A stretch of 64,000 bases of DNA from positions 80,239-144,238 of the forward strand of contig JAIPEW010000001.1 in assembly GCA_021736985.1 (NCBI GenBank), in the 5' to 3' direction. This stretch comes from Clostridiales bacterium. Its GTDB lineage: Bacteria; Bacillota; Desulfotomaculia; Desulfotomaculales; VENG01. The position numbers were made by a program, and so were the translations under genes. Below, piece after piece: positions 19,647 through 28,208 of the stretch. The notes under the pieces were generated by a model that saw only the letters and a list, made by a program, of their open reading frames with translations, had not been told where the DNA came from and did not search any database. Positions within the stretch are counted from its first letter, which is position 1. Each line of letters begins with the position of its first letter.

Positions 19647-20048
19647 ATGGACCAAAATGACATTTTATTAAACGATGAAAAGACGGGGCTTGGATCTATA
19701 CGAATCGCTGATGAAGTCGTTCGTGTATGTGCAGGCCTGGCTGCTACCGAAGTACAGGGAGTTGCCGGCATGAGTGGTGGAGTAGTTGGTGGTATAACTG
19801 AGATGCTTGGGCGAAAAAATATGTCCAAGGGAGTCAAAGTTGAAGTCGGGGAAAAAGAAGCTGCTGTAGATTTGTTTTTAGTCGTTAATTATGGTGTGCG
19901 TATCCCTGAAGTTGCCGCCAATATTCAAGAAGCAGTAAAAAAATCTATCGAAGAAATGACTGGTCTTAACGTGGTAGAAGTAAATATTAATGTGCAGGGG
20001 GTAGCTTTTCAAGAAGAGGAAAGAGAAGATGAAAATCGTTTAAAATAA
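19647..20048 (+). CDS. Asp23/Gls24 family envelope stress protein
   Basis: 133 aa; GSIRIADEVVRVCAGLAATEVQGVAGM typical of Asp23; conserved position before nusB. Confidence 0.85.
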   Translation: MDQNDILLNDEKTGLGSIRIADEVVRVCAGLAATEVQGVAGMSGGVVGGITEMLGRKNMSKGVKVEVGEKEAAVDLFLVVNYGVRIPEVAANIQEAVKKSIEEMTGLNVVEVNINVQGVAFQEEEREDENRLK

Positions 20049-20098
20049 ATGTATCAAGTACCGTAGTTCCGAGACATGAGTATTCGGGAGTGTAAAAC

Positions 20099-20449
20099 TT
20101 GAGTCTAAGATTTATAAAATCTCTTGTAAGTGGCAATAAGAGAAAATATTTTGTTATAAATGATAATTCTCTGGGTAGGCTTTGCATTTCACTGTATGCA
20201 TTGGAGTCTCTTGCAGAACATGGTATTATGTTTATACCAGGGATTTGTGCAGCAGATACAGAAGTTTACGTGACAGGTGCAGGTATTTATGCCAGTGTTA
20301 ATATAATTGCTTGTCCGGGTAGTGATATTTACTATCTAAACCAGGTCATAAAAGATGCAGTAAAAGAAGAGATATATAATAATGCAGGTGTAAAAGTTGA
20401 AAGGGACAAAATAATAGTACAAAAAATAAGTGTTAAAGAAACAGAATAA
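20099..20449 (+). CDS. hypothetical protein (weakly Asp23-like)
   Basis: 116-aa ORF with TTG start; no motif recognised with confidence. Confidence 0.4.
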   Translation: MSLRFIKSLVSGNKRKYFVINDNSLGRLCISLYALESLAEHGIMFIPGICAADTEVYVTGAGIYASVNIIACPGSDIYYLNQVIKDAVKEEIYNNAGVKVERDKIIVQKISVKETE

Positions 20450-20466
20450 AACCAGAGGGATAATCA

Positions 20467-20871
20467 ATGGCCAGACATCAATTACGTGAATATGCGTTGC
20501 AAATACTGTATGAGGTTGAAATAGGGAAAAACGATACTGATAAAGTGATTAGCAGAAATATAAATTCAAACAGCTTTAAACAGGATGAGACCGGATTTTT
20601 AAAGCAGCTTGTATATGGAACCCTGAAAAATATTGCTGCTATCGATGATATTATCTCACTTTACAGTCGTGATTGGAGTATAAATAGGCTGGCTTATGTG
20701 GATAAAAATATACTGCGCCTTGCCGTTTATGAAATCTTGTATGAAAAGGAAATACCGCGTAGTGTTTCTATAAACGAGGCCGTGGAATTGGCCAAGACGT
20801 TTGGAGGCAATGAATCCCCTAAATTTATCAATGGAATACTGGACGTTGTTGGTAAAAATAGTCAGGAATAA
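20467..20871 (+). CDS. nusB: transcription antitermination factor NusB
   Basis: 134 aa; ARHQLREYALQILYEVEIG and EAVELAKTFGG motifs. Confidence 0.9.
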   Translation: MARHQLREYALQILYEVEIGKNDTDKVISRNINSNSFKQDETGFLKQLVYGTLKNIAAIDDIISLYSRDWSINRLAYVDKNILRLAVYEILYEKEIPRSVSINEAVELAKTFGGNESPKFINGILDVVGKNSQE

Positions 20872-20894
20872 AGTTTTAATAAACATTATAACAA

Positions 20895-20926
20895 TGACCC
20901 GGTCTCCCGGGTCAATATTTTTTAAA
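20895..20926 (+). terminator. rho-independent terminator after nusB
   Basis: TGACCCGG-TCTC-CCGGGTCA hairpin followed by a T-rich run. Confidence 0.7.
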
Positions 20927-21039
20927 AATTTTTTCAATAATCTAAATAGTTGGCAGGAATCAATACTGTGAGCCTAGAAAACAACTTAGTGACATATGCT
21001 TGCTAAAATAATTAAATGAGGAAGGGGAAATGGTTGCTT

Positions 21040-21891
21040 ATGTTCAAGATACTGGAAAAAAGGGAATTCTCCCCTGTTATGAAAGAACTAGTGATTAAAG
21101 CTCCCCGCGTAGCCATGAAGTGCCAGGCCGGACAATTTATTATTCTGCGTATACATGAAGAAGGAGAACGTATTCCCCTTACTATAGCTGATTTTAACCG
21201 GGAAAAAGGCACTATAACCATTGTATTCCAGGAAGTTGGTAAAACAACAATGGAACTGGGAACTCTAAACGTGGGTGATTATGTAAGAGACTTTGTAGGG
21301 CCCCTGGGTGAGCCTACGCATATCGAAAACTTCGGAACAGTTGTATGTATTGGCGGGGGTGTAGGTATTGCTCCTGTTCATCCCATTGCACGGGCTTTAA
21401 AAGAAGCTGGCAACCATGTAATAGGCATAATCGGTTCACGTAACAAAGATCTGTTGTTCTGGGAAGATGAAATGCGGGAAGTATGCAGTGAATTGCATGT
21501 AACTACAGATGACGGTTCTTATGTCAGAAAAGGCTTTGTTACTGACGTACTCAAAGAAATCGTTAACGAAAGGGGTACAGAGAGCGTTGCCCGGGTTATT
21601 GCTATTGGTCCCCAGCCCATGATGAAAGTTACCTGCGGCGTGACAAAAGAATACGGTCTCAAAACTATTGTAAGCCTTAACGCTGTTATGGTAGATGGAA
21701 CAGGCATGTGCGGGTGCTGCCGGGTTTCCGTCGGCGGAGAAACCAAGTTTGTCTGTGTAGACGGCCCTGAATTCGACGGGCACCAGGTAGACTGGACACA
21801 GCTTGGCCGGAGAGCTGCAATATTTAAGTCCGAAGAACAGCAGGCAGTTGAAAAATACAAAAGCCAGTGCAGTTGTGGAGGTGACAAATAA
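21040..21891 (+). CDS. nfnA: ferredoxin-NADP+ reductase-like FAD/NAD-binding subunit (NfnA / sulfide dehydrogenase small-subunit family)
   Basis: MFKILEKREFSP start inside track ORF 21016..21891; C-terminal 2Fe-2S motif GTGMCGCCRV...CVDGPEF; paired with a gltD-like gene. Confidence 0.75.
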   Translation: MFKILEKREFSPVMKELVIKAPRVAMKCQAGQFIILRIHEEGERIPLTIADFNREKGTITIVFQEVGKTTMELGTLNVGDYVRDFVGPLGEPTHIENFGTVVCIGGGVGIAPVHPIARALKEAGNHVIGIIGSRNKDLLFWEDEMREVCSELHVTTDDGSYVRKGFVTDVLKEIVNERGTESVARVIAIGPQPMMKVTCGVTKEYGLKTIVSLNAVMVDGTGMCGCCRVSVGGETKFVCVDGPEFDGHQVDWTQLGRRAAIFKSEEQQAVEKYKSQCSCGGDK

Positions 21892-23300
21892 TGAGCGAAG
21901 AGAAGAAAAAGAAAGAAATAATACCTGATAAAAATCCCATGCCGGCCCAGGATCCCATGGAACGTGCACGCAACTTTAACGAAGTTGCCCTGGGTTATGA
22001 TGAAGAAGCAGCAGTTGCCGAAGCTCAGCGCTGCCTGCAGTGTAAAAAAGAACCCTGCCGCCAGGGATGCCCGGTGGAAGTGAATATTCCCCAGTTTTTG
22101 CGGCAGGTTGCTGAAAGAGATTTTGAAGGTGCTATAAAAACAATAAAAGACAAAAACGCACTTCCTGCTATTTGCGGCCGTGTATGTCCACAGGAAAGCC
22201 AGTGTGAAAGCTACTGTACCCTGGGTAAAAAACACCAGCCAGTATCTATTGGACGGGTAGAACGTTTTTGCGCTGACTGGGAATTAAACAAGGGAGTTAC
22301 TCCACCGGAAATACAGGCTTCTACTACTAAAAAAGTTGCTGTGATAGGTTCTGGCCCTTCCGGTCTTACATGTGCTGCTGACCTGGCTAAAAAAGGACAT
22401 AAAGTTGTCGTATATGAAGCACTGCACGTAGCAGGCGGTGTTTTAATGTATGGTATACCTGAATTTCGCTTGCCTAAAGATGTAGTGCAGGCAGAAATAC
22501 AAAACCTTAAAAAAATGGGTGTTGATATAGAAGTTGATTCAGTAATAGGAAAAGCTGCTACAGTTGACGAATTAATTGAAGAAGAAGGATATGACGCAGT
22601 ATTTATAGGTACGGGCGCAGGACTGCCTTACTTCCTGCGGATACCAGGCGAGAATGCCTGCGGGGTTTATTCGGCCAATGAATTTTTAACCCGTACCAAT
22701 CTGATGAAAGCTTATAAATTCCCTAATTGGGATACTCCTATCAAAGTAGGCGATAAAGTTGCCGTACTTGGTGGCGGCAATGTGGCTATGGACTCTGCAC
22801 GCACGGCCCTGCGCCTGGGTGCAAAAGAATCCTGGATAGTTTACCGTCGTTCCAAGGAAGAGCTGCCTGCCCGTGCAGAAGAAGTAGAGCATGCAGTAGA
22901 AGAGGGAGTTAAGTTTGCACTTTTAACATCACCGGTTGAGATTTACCAGGATGATAACGGGTGGGTTACCGGAATGAAATGCATTCGTTTTGAACTGGGA
23001 GAGCCCGATGCTTCCGGTCGCCGCCGCCCTGTAGCTGTAGAAGGTTCTGAATATGACATGGAAATAAGCAATGTGGTTGTAGCTATCGGCCAGGGACCTA
23101 ACCCGCTGGTTCCGCGTACTACCAGGGGATTAGATCTTACTAAGAAGGGTAATATAGCTGCAGATGAAAGTGCAGCAACTTCTAAACCAGGTGTTTACGC
23201 CGGCGGCGATATTGTAACCGGTGCTGCAACTGTTATTATGGCTATGGGCGCAGGTCGTACTGCTGCCAATTCCATTCATGAATATCTTGTTAATAAGTAA
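21891..23300 (+). CDS. nfnB: NADPH-dependent glutamate synthase small-chain-like oxidoreductase (NfnB)
   Basis: 469 aa; CLQCKKEPCRQGCP Fe-S cluster motifs, VAVIGSGPSGL and VLGGGNVAMD dinucleotide folds. Confidence 0.8.
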   Translation: MSEEKKKKEIIPDKNPMPAQDPMERARNFNEVALGYDEEAAVAEAQRCLQCKKEPCRQGCPVEVNIPQFLRQVAERDFEGAIKTIKDKNALPAICGRVCPQESQCESYCTLGKKHQPVSIGRVERFCADWELNKGVTPPEIQASTTKKVAVIGSGPSGLTCAADLAKKGHKVVVYEALHVAGGVLMYGIPEFRLPKDVVQAEIQNLKKMGVDIEVDSVIGKAATVDELIEEEGYDAVFIGTGAGLPYFLRIPGENACGVYSANEFLTRTNLMKAYKFPNWDTPIKVGDKVAVLGGGNVAMDSARTALRLGAKESWIVYRRSKEELPARAEEVEHAVEEGVKFALLTSPVEIYQDDNGWVTGMKCIRFELGEPDASGRRRPVAVEGSEYDMEISNVVVAIGQGPNPLVPRTTRGLDLTKKGNIAADESAATSKPGVYAGGDIVTGAATVIMAMGAGRTAANSIHEYLVNK

Positions 23301-23326
23301 AGTTAAATAAAAAAGGGGGTTTCAGG

Positions 23327-24211
23327 TTGTCTGCAAAAGTAATTTCAGGCAAGGAAGTTGCACAACAAATAAGATCAGAAATTAAAGTAGAAGTGGACCA
23401 GTTAAAAGAAAAGCATAATGCAGTTCCCGGGTTGGTAACTATTTTGGTGGGAGAAAACCCTGCTTCAGTAAGTTATGTCACGGGAAAAACGAATACGGCA
23501 AAAGAGTTGGGGTATAATTCTATCCAGGATACTCAGTCGGAGGATATTACTGAAGAGCAGTTATTAGCACTGGTAGACAAGTATAACAAAGATGACAGTA
23601 TTCATGGTGTCTTAGTACAGTTGCCTTTACCCAAGCATATAGATTCTAGCAAAGTATTAAATGCAATCGATCCTGATAAGGATGTAGACGGTTTCCACCC
23701 GGTCAACGTAGGCAGGCTGGTAGTAGGAGAAGCTTTGTTCAAGCCTTGTACTCCTGCTGGTATTCAAGAACTGCTGGTTAGAGGCGGGGCCCAGGTATCA
23801 GGGGCAGAAGTGGTAGTTGTTGGTAGAAGTAACATTGTGGGTAAACCTATTACCAATATGCTCTTTCAAAAAGGAGAAGGCGCTAACGCTACAGTTACTG
23901 TAGTGCATACTGGAACCAAAGACATGAGCGCTCATACTAAGCGTGCTGATATTCTGATTGTTGCTGCTGGTAAACCTAAAGCTATAACTGCTGACATGGT
24001 TAAAGAAGGCGCAGCTGTTATTGATGTTGGTGTAAACAGAGTTGGTACTACCCCAGAAGGTAAAGCTAAACTCAACGGGGATGTTGATTACGAAAATGTT
24101 AAAGAAAAAGCCAGTTTGATTACACCAGTACCTGGTGGTGTAGGACCTATGACAATAACCATGCTGATGAAGAACACCCTGGTATCTTACAAAAACAGCT
24201 TGGGATTATAA
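23327..24211 (+). CDS. folD: bifunctional methylenetetrahydrofolate dehydrogenase/cyclohydrolase
   Basis: 294 aa; LVTILVGENPASVSYV, VQLPLP, GRSNIVGKP, TPVPGGVGPMT motifs. Confidence 0.9.
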   Translation: MSAKVISGKEVAQQIRSEIKVEVDQLKEKHNAVPGLVTILVGENPASVSYVTGKTNTAKELGYNSIQDTQSEDITEEQLLALVDKYNKDDSIHGVLVQLPLPKHIDSSKVLNAIDPDKDVDGFHPVNVGRLVVGEALFKPCTPAGIQELLVRGGAQVSGAEVVVVGRSNIVGKPITNMLFQKGEGANATVTVVHTGTKDMSAHTKRADILIVAAGKPKAITADMVKEGAAVIDVGVNRVGTTPEGKAKLNGDVDYENVKEKASLITPVPGGVGPMTITMLMKNTLVSYKNSLGL

Positions 24212-24240
24212 TTTAAAGTAATGTAATGTGTATAAAAAGA

Positions 24241-24285
24241 AACTCCCAGGTTACCGAAACTTCGGTTACTTGGGAGTTTTTATCT
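24241..24285 (+). terminator. rho-independent terminator after folD
   Basis: 18-nt arms AACTCCCAGGTTACCGAA / TTCGGTTACTTGGGAGTT (two mismatches), then TTTTAT. Confidence 0.7.
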
Positions 24286-24310
24286 TTAAGTAAAATACTT
24301 TGAGCAAAAC

Positions 24311-24360
24311 TACCGGCCCCGACCTGGCTGTCAGAAGAATTTTAATTCTTAGTTGTGAGA
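24311..24360 (+). repeat. family A solo R module (copy R7)
   Basis: TACCGGCCCCGACCTGGCTGTCAGAAGAATTTTAATTCTTAGTTGTGAGA; 104 nt upstream of xseA. Confidence 0.8.
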
Positions 24361-24463
24361 AAATAGCTAATGGCGGTTAATTCGAAAAGTTGTAACAGCT
24401 CACTGTTTATCCTGTATAAGCGAATTGTGAGCATCAATACGTGGGAGTTTAATTTATTTAAGG

Positions 24464-25678
24464 ATGGTTTTAATGAAAACAATGACAGTGCGTGAAGTAA
24501 CCACGCACATTAAAGATCTCCTGGAAAACGATTATAAACTGGCCAACTTGTGGGTTAAAGGGGAGATATCTAACTTTAAACGGGCTGCATCGGGGCATAT
24601 ATATTTAACTTTAAAGGATGAGTATTCCAGCGTCAGGGTAGTTATGTTTCGTTCAAGGGCCAGCAGGCTTGTTTTTGAGCCTGAAAACGGTATGGATGTA
24701 AGAGTAAGAGGTTATATATCAATATATGAGCGCAGCGGCCAGTACCAGCTTTATGCACAGGAGATCGAGCCCAGTGGGTACGGGGCGTTGTATGCAGCAT
24801 TTGAGCAGTTAAAAGAAAAATTAAGGCAGGAAGGCCTCTTTGATGATGCTCTTAAAAAAGAAATACCCGGGTACCCCTCGCGCGTTGGGTTAATAACTTC
24901 GCCTTACGGGGCGGCAGTTCGGGATATGATTAATATACTTCGCCGCCGGTGGCCTGGTATAGAAATAATATTAGCCCCGGTAAAGGTCCAGGGAGATAAA
25001 GCAGGCGGCGAAATCTGTAGTGCACTCAAGTTTATGAACTTACTCCGGGATGTAGATTTAATAATTGTAGGACGGGGTGGCGGTGCTTTAGAAGAACTCT
25101 GGGCATTCAATACTGAAGAAGTTTCCCGGGGTATAGCAGTATCTGAAATTCCCGTTATTTCGGCCGTAGGGCATGAAACTGATTTTACAATTGCAGATAT
25201 GGTTGCAGATTTAAGAGCACCTACACCTTCGGCTGCGGCAGAATTTGCTGTTCCAGACAAAATTGAAATGTACAGGTATATTCAAAGCTTGCATTCCCGG
25301 ATGAACCGAAATATTGCAGAAAAGTTTCGCGAGCTGCGCATAAGGCTGCAAAATTGCCAGAGAAGCCGTGTATTTAAGCACCCTGCAGATGTAATATGCG
25401 GCCAGCGCAGGCAAACTGTTGATTGGCTGCAAAAACATATGTTGACTCATATTTCTCAAAAAACAGCAGCCGATAGAAGGCGGTTGGAGGGATCAGCCGG
25501 GCGATTGGAAGCACTTAGCCCGCTGTCTACTCTTGCACGAGGTTACAGCATTTGTATGACGGGAGACGGTAGTGTAATAAGAAAAAGTAGTAGCGTTAAA
25601 GAAGGCGAATATGTTAATATACGTCTTCACAAGGGTTTTTTGCGCTGCCAGGTATATGAAAATGATAGAAAAGACTGA
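24464..25678 (+). CDS. xseA: exodeoxyribonuclease VII large subunit
   Basis: 404 aa; N-terminal OB fold (VKGEISNFKRAASGHIYLTLKD) and catalytic region RGGGALEELWAFN. Confidence 0.9.
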   Translation: MVLMKTMTVREVTTHIKDLLENDYKLANLWVKGEISNFKRAASGHIYLTLKDEYSSVRVVMFRSRASRLVFEPENGMDVRVRGYISIYERSGQYQLYAQEIEPSGYGALYAAFEQLKEKLRQEGLFDDALKKEIPGYPSRVGLITSPYGAAVRDMINILRRRWPGIEIILAPVKVQGDKAGGEICSALKFMNLLRDVDLIIVGRGGGALEELWAFNTEEVSRGIAVSEIPVISAVGHETDFTIADMVADLRAPTPSAAAEFAVPDKIEMYRYIQSLHSRMNRNIAEKFRELRIRLQNCQRSRVFKHPADVICGQRRQTVDWLQKHMLTHISQKTAADRRRLEGSAGRLEALSPLSTLARGYSICMTGDGSVIRKSSSVKEGEYVNIRLHKGFLRCQVYENDRKD

Positions 25679-25764
25679 TTTTTAGAAGTATATTTCTTTT
25701 ATTGTATTTGCTATAATAGAATATGCTAGATAGGGATTTATATGGGAGTTTTAGGAGGTTTTTC

Positions 25765-26007
25765 ATGAGTAAGAAAGAAGAGAACTTCGAGGCGGCACTT
25801 GCTCAATTGGAAGAAACAGTACGCCGGCTGGAAGACGGGCAAATTCCCCTGGAGGAAGCCCTGGATCTATTTACCGAGGGAGTACGTCTCTCTAAAATTT
25901 GCAGCAGTCAACTTGATGCTGCAGAGAAAAAAATAAAATTACTTCTAAATGAAGAAGGACAGCCTATAATAAAAGAAACAGATGATACGTTAAATGGAGG
26001 CACATAG
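25765..26007 (+). CDS. xseB: exodeoxyribonuclease VII small subunit
   Basis: ATG 25765 after AGGAGG; FEAALAQLEETVRRLEDGQIPLEEALDLFTEG is typical XseB. Confidence 0.85.
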   Translation: MSKKEENFEAALAQLEETVRRLEDGQIPLEEALDLFTEGVRLSKICSSQLDAAEKKIKLLLNEEGQPIIKETDDTLNGGT

Positions 26008-26008
26008 A

Positions 26009-26899
26009 ATGGATTTTAAAAAGCAACTGGAAGAAAAAGCTGCTGAGATAGACAAAGCTTTAAATGAATATATGCCTTCTGCAGAAGATTACCCGCCGGT
26101 GATACATGAAGCAATGCGCTACAGTATAATGGCAGGTGGTAAAAGGCTCCGCCCGGTATTAACAATTGCTGCTGCAGAAACAGTGGGTGCTGATCCTGTA
26201 CCGCTAATGCCGGCAGCATGTGCAATGGAATTAATACATACTTATTCGCTGGTACATGATGATTTACCGGCAATGGATAATGATGATCTTCGCCGCGGGC
26301 AGCCTACAAATCATAAAAAGTACGGTGAAGCAGTTGCTGTGCTGGTTGGTGATGCTCTTTTAACCAGGGCTTTTGGAATGGTTGCCCGTGCAGGTAAAGA
26401 AGGTAATTTACCTTCAGAAAATATAGTGCAGGTTATATTGGAAATGTCGGAAGCGTGTGGTAGTTACGGTTTAATTGGTGGCCAGGTAGTTGACACAATA
26501 TATGAGAACAGGGTTGCACAGTCCGAAGATTTAGAGTATATTCATACCCGCAAGACAGGTGCTCTTTATAAGATGGCTGTACGTACCGGCGTTATATTAA
26601 GTGGTGCCGAGGAATGGGAGATAAATGCCCTGACAAATTATGCCGGCAAATTAGGGCTGGTTTTCCAAATTATTGATGACATACTTGATGTAGAAGGCGA
26701 CTCGTATAAACTGGGTAAGCCTACGGGAAGCGATAAGAAGAATAAGAAAGCTACATATCCATCTCTATTTGGTATGGCTGCAGCAAGAGAAAAGGCTGAA
26801 ACAATAGCCCGTGATGCTGCAGAATCTTTACGCCCTTTCGGGGATAGAGCACAGTTTTTAATAGGGCTTCTGGATTTTATATTATTACGAGATTTCTAG
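26009..26899 (+). CDS. ispA: (2E,6E)-farnesyl diphosphate synthase
   Basis: ATG 26009, 8 nt after GGAGG; LVHDDLPAMDNDDLRRG (first Asp-rich motif) and FQIIDDILD (second). Confidence 0.9.
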   Translation: MDFKKQLEEKAAEIDKALNEYMPSAEDYPPVIHEAMRYSIMAGGKRLRPVLTIAAAETVGADPVPLMPAACAMELIHTYSLVHDDLPAMDNDDLRRGQPTNHKKYGEAVAVLVGDALLTRAFGMVARAGKEGNLPSENIVQVILEMSEACGSYGLIGGQVVDTIYENRVAQSEDLEYIHTRKTGALYKMAVRTGVILSGAEEWEINALTNYAGKLGLVFQIIDDILDVEGDSYKLGKPTGSDKKNKKATYPSLFGMAAAREKAETIARDAAESLRPFGDRAQFLIGLLDFILLRDF

Positions 26900-26935
26900 T
26901 ATTACTGTATATAAAATGGATTACAGTTTATAAAT

Positions 26936-26965
26936 TTGCTAGATCGTTAAATAACATGCTATAAT
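26936..26965 (+). promoter_or_regulatory. candidate sigma-A promoter of the OLE RNA gene
   Basis: TTGCTA (-35), 18-nt spacer, extended -10 TGcTATAAT (26957-26965), directly upstream of the structured region. Confidence 0.5.
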
Positions 26966-26974
26966 ATACTGATA

Positions 26975-27570
26975 ATATCTTGCATAGGCAAGGACACTGT
27001 ATTCTAGTCAAGACAACCATTCTTGAAGACGGGCCTAAAAATCCGTCAAGGGCACATCGATGAAGTTCCTGGTGCTGGCTGCTGACGCCCAGTTGGGGGT
27101 TGGTACTGGGAGTTAAGAGGGTAGGGCGATCCACAATGGCATGTGGGCGTTGACCCTGCCTTCGCGGAGACCCAAGTGCGTGGAAGCATGTTATCTATGG
27201 CTTGGGATATAAACCTGCACGTGGTCAAAGCTGCGTGTAGCGTAGCCTGCCTTGAGTGGTAGCGGTGGATCCAATGCTATACATTAACAATTACTACCGG
27301 GCCCTGTGTAATTGTTAATGTGCGGTGAAACCGTTATTGCAAAAGAGGCTAGGGAATGGTTTGTTTTGCCGGGGAAAACCCCTAGACAGTATGTGTTTTA
27401 CATGGTAATACGGGAGTTGCAGTACGGACTAAGTGGCAATCTGGCTCCGAGAAATCGGGAATCTTCTTAAAGGGAAACCGCCGCTCTGGCAACAGGCGGT
27501 GAAGGTTTGGGAAAACCTGCCGGACCTTAAGCCGTAATATTTACCCGTATTACGTCCTTGCCTATCATAT
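26975..27570 (+). ncRNA. ole: OLE (ornate, large, extremophilic) RNA
   Basis: ~700-nt gap with no credible ORF; 12-bp closing helix ATAGGCAAGGAC (26984-26995) / GTCCTTGCCTAT (27554-27565); long-range GTAATACGGG (27405-27414) / CCCGTATTAC (27544-27553); several local GC hairpins; canonical ispA-ole-oapA-dxs context. Confidence 0.75.
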
Positions 27571-27602
27571 ACATATATTAACCTCTAGTATGAGGTGATT
27601 TC

Positions 27603-28181
27603 GTGGCAAATAATAAATCAACTGTTTCTGGTTGTTATATATTAATCGTTGGCATTATTTCTTTTTTTCTGGCAGCCTTTTTTTACGTTGTTTCACATTT
27701 AATATCACAGTATATTAACAATATACTGCTTTCTCTTATTTTTTTATTAATTGTTATCATACTGGGGATAATATCTGATCTTATAGGAACATCTGCTGCT
27801 GCTGGATCTGAAACCATGTTTCATTCCAGGGCATCTAAAAGAATACCAGGAGCCAGGGAAGGCGTATATCTTGTTCGAAACGCGGATAGAGTAGCTAATA
27901 TAGCTAACGACGTTATAGGGGATATAGCAGGTACTGTAAGCGGCGCTATTGGCATTTCCCTGGTTTTTCAGATTGTCTCTAGCTATCCTCAAGTAAACGA
28001 GATTTTTGTTACCATGATTACTACTGCTTTAATAGCATCTCTTACTGTGGGTGGAAAGGCCTTTGGTAAAAAACTGGCCTTGAGCAGGGGAAATGATATT
28101 ATATTTGTTGTTGGGCAAATAATAGCATATTTGAGGAATTTTAAATTTATTAACGTTTTTTTAAACCGGCAGGGTAAGTAA
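27603..28181 (+). CDS. oapA: OLE-associated protein A (small polytopic membrane protein)
   Basis: 192-aa ORF with GTG start after GAGGTGA; about four hydrophobic segments; lies between the OLE RNA and dxs, as described for oapA. Confidence 0.7.
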   Translation: MANNKSTVSGCYILIVGIISFFLAAFFYVVSHLISQYINNILLSLIFLLIVIILGIISDLIGTSAAAGSETMFHSRASKRIPGAREGVYLVRNADRVANIANDVIGDIAGTVSGAIGISLVFQIVSSYPQVNEIFVTMITTALIASLTVGGKAFGKKLALSRGNDIIFVVGQIIAYLRNFKFINVFLNRQGK

Positions 28182-28208
28182 AATAAGTCTCTGATAGAAG
28201 GTGAAATT

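Noticed and set aside
21436-22235. Long antisense ORFs 21436..21969 (177 aa) and 21519..22235 (238 aa)
   Set aside because: They lie opposite the strongly supported nfnA/nfnB-like genes, overlap each other, and have low-complexity, Cys/Phe-rich composition with no RBS.
26928-27228. Two minus-strand ORFs (26928..27134, 68 aa; 27046..27228, 60 aa) inside the ispA-oapA gap
   Set aside because: They overlap each other, lack an RBS, have odd composition (Pro/Gly/Ser/Cys-rich) and lie antisense within a region whose long-range base pairing and gene context indicate OLE RNA.
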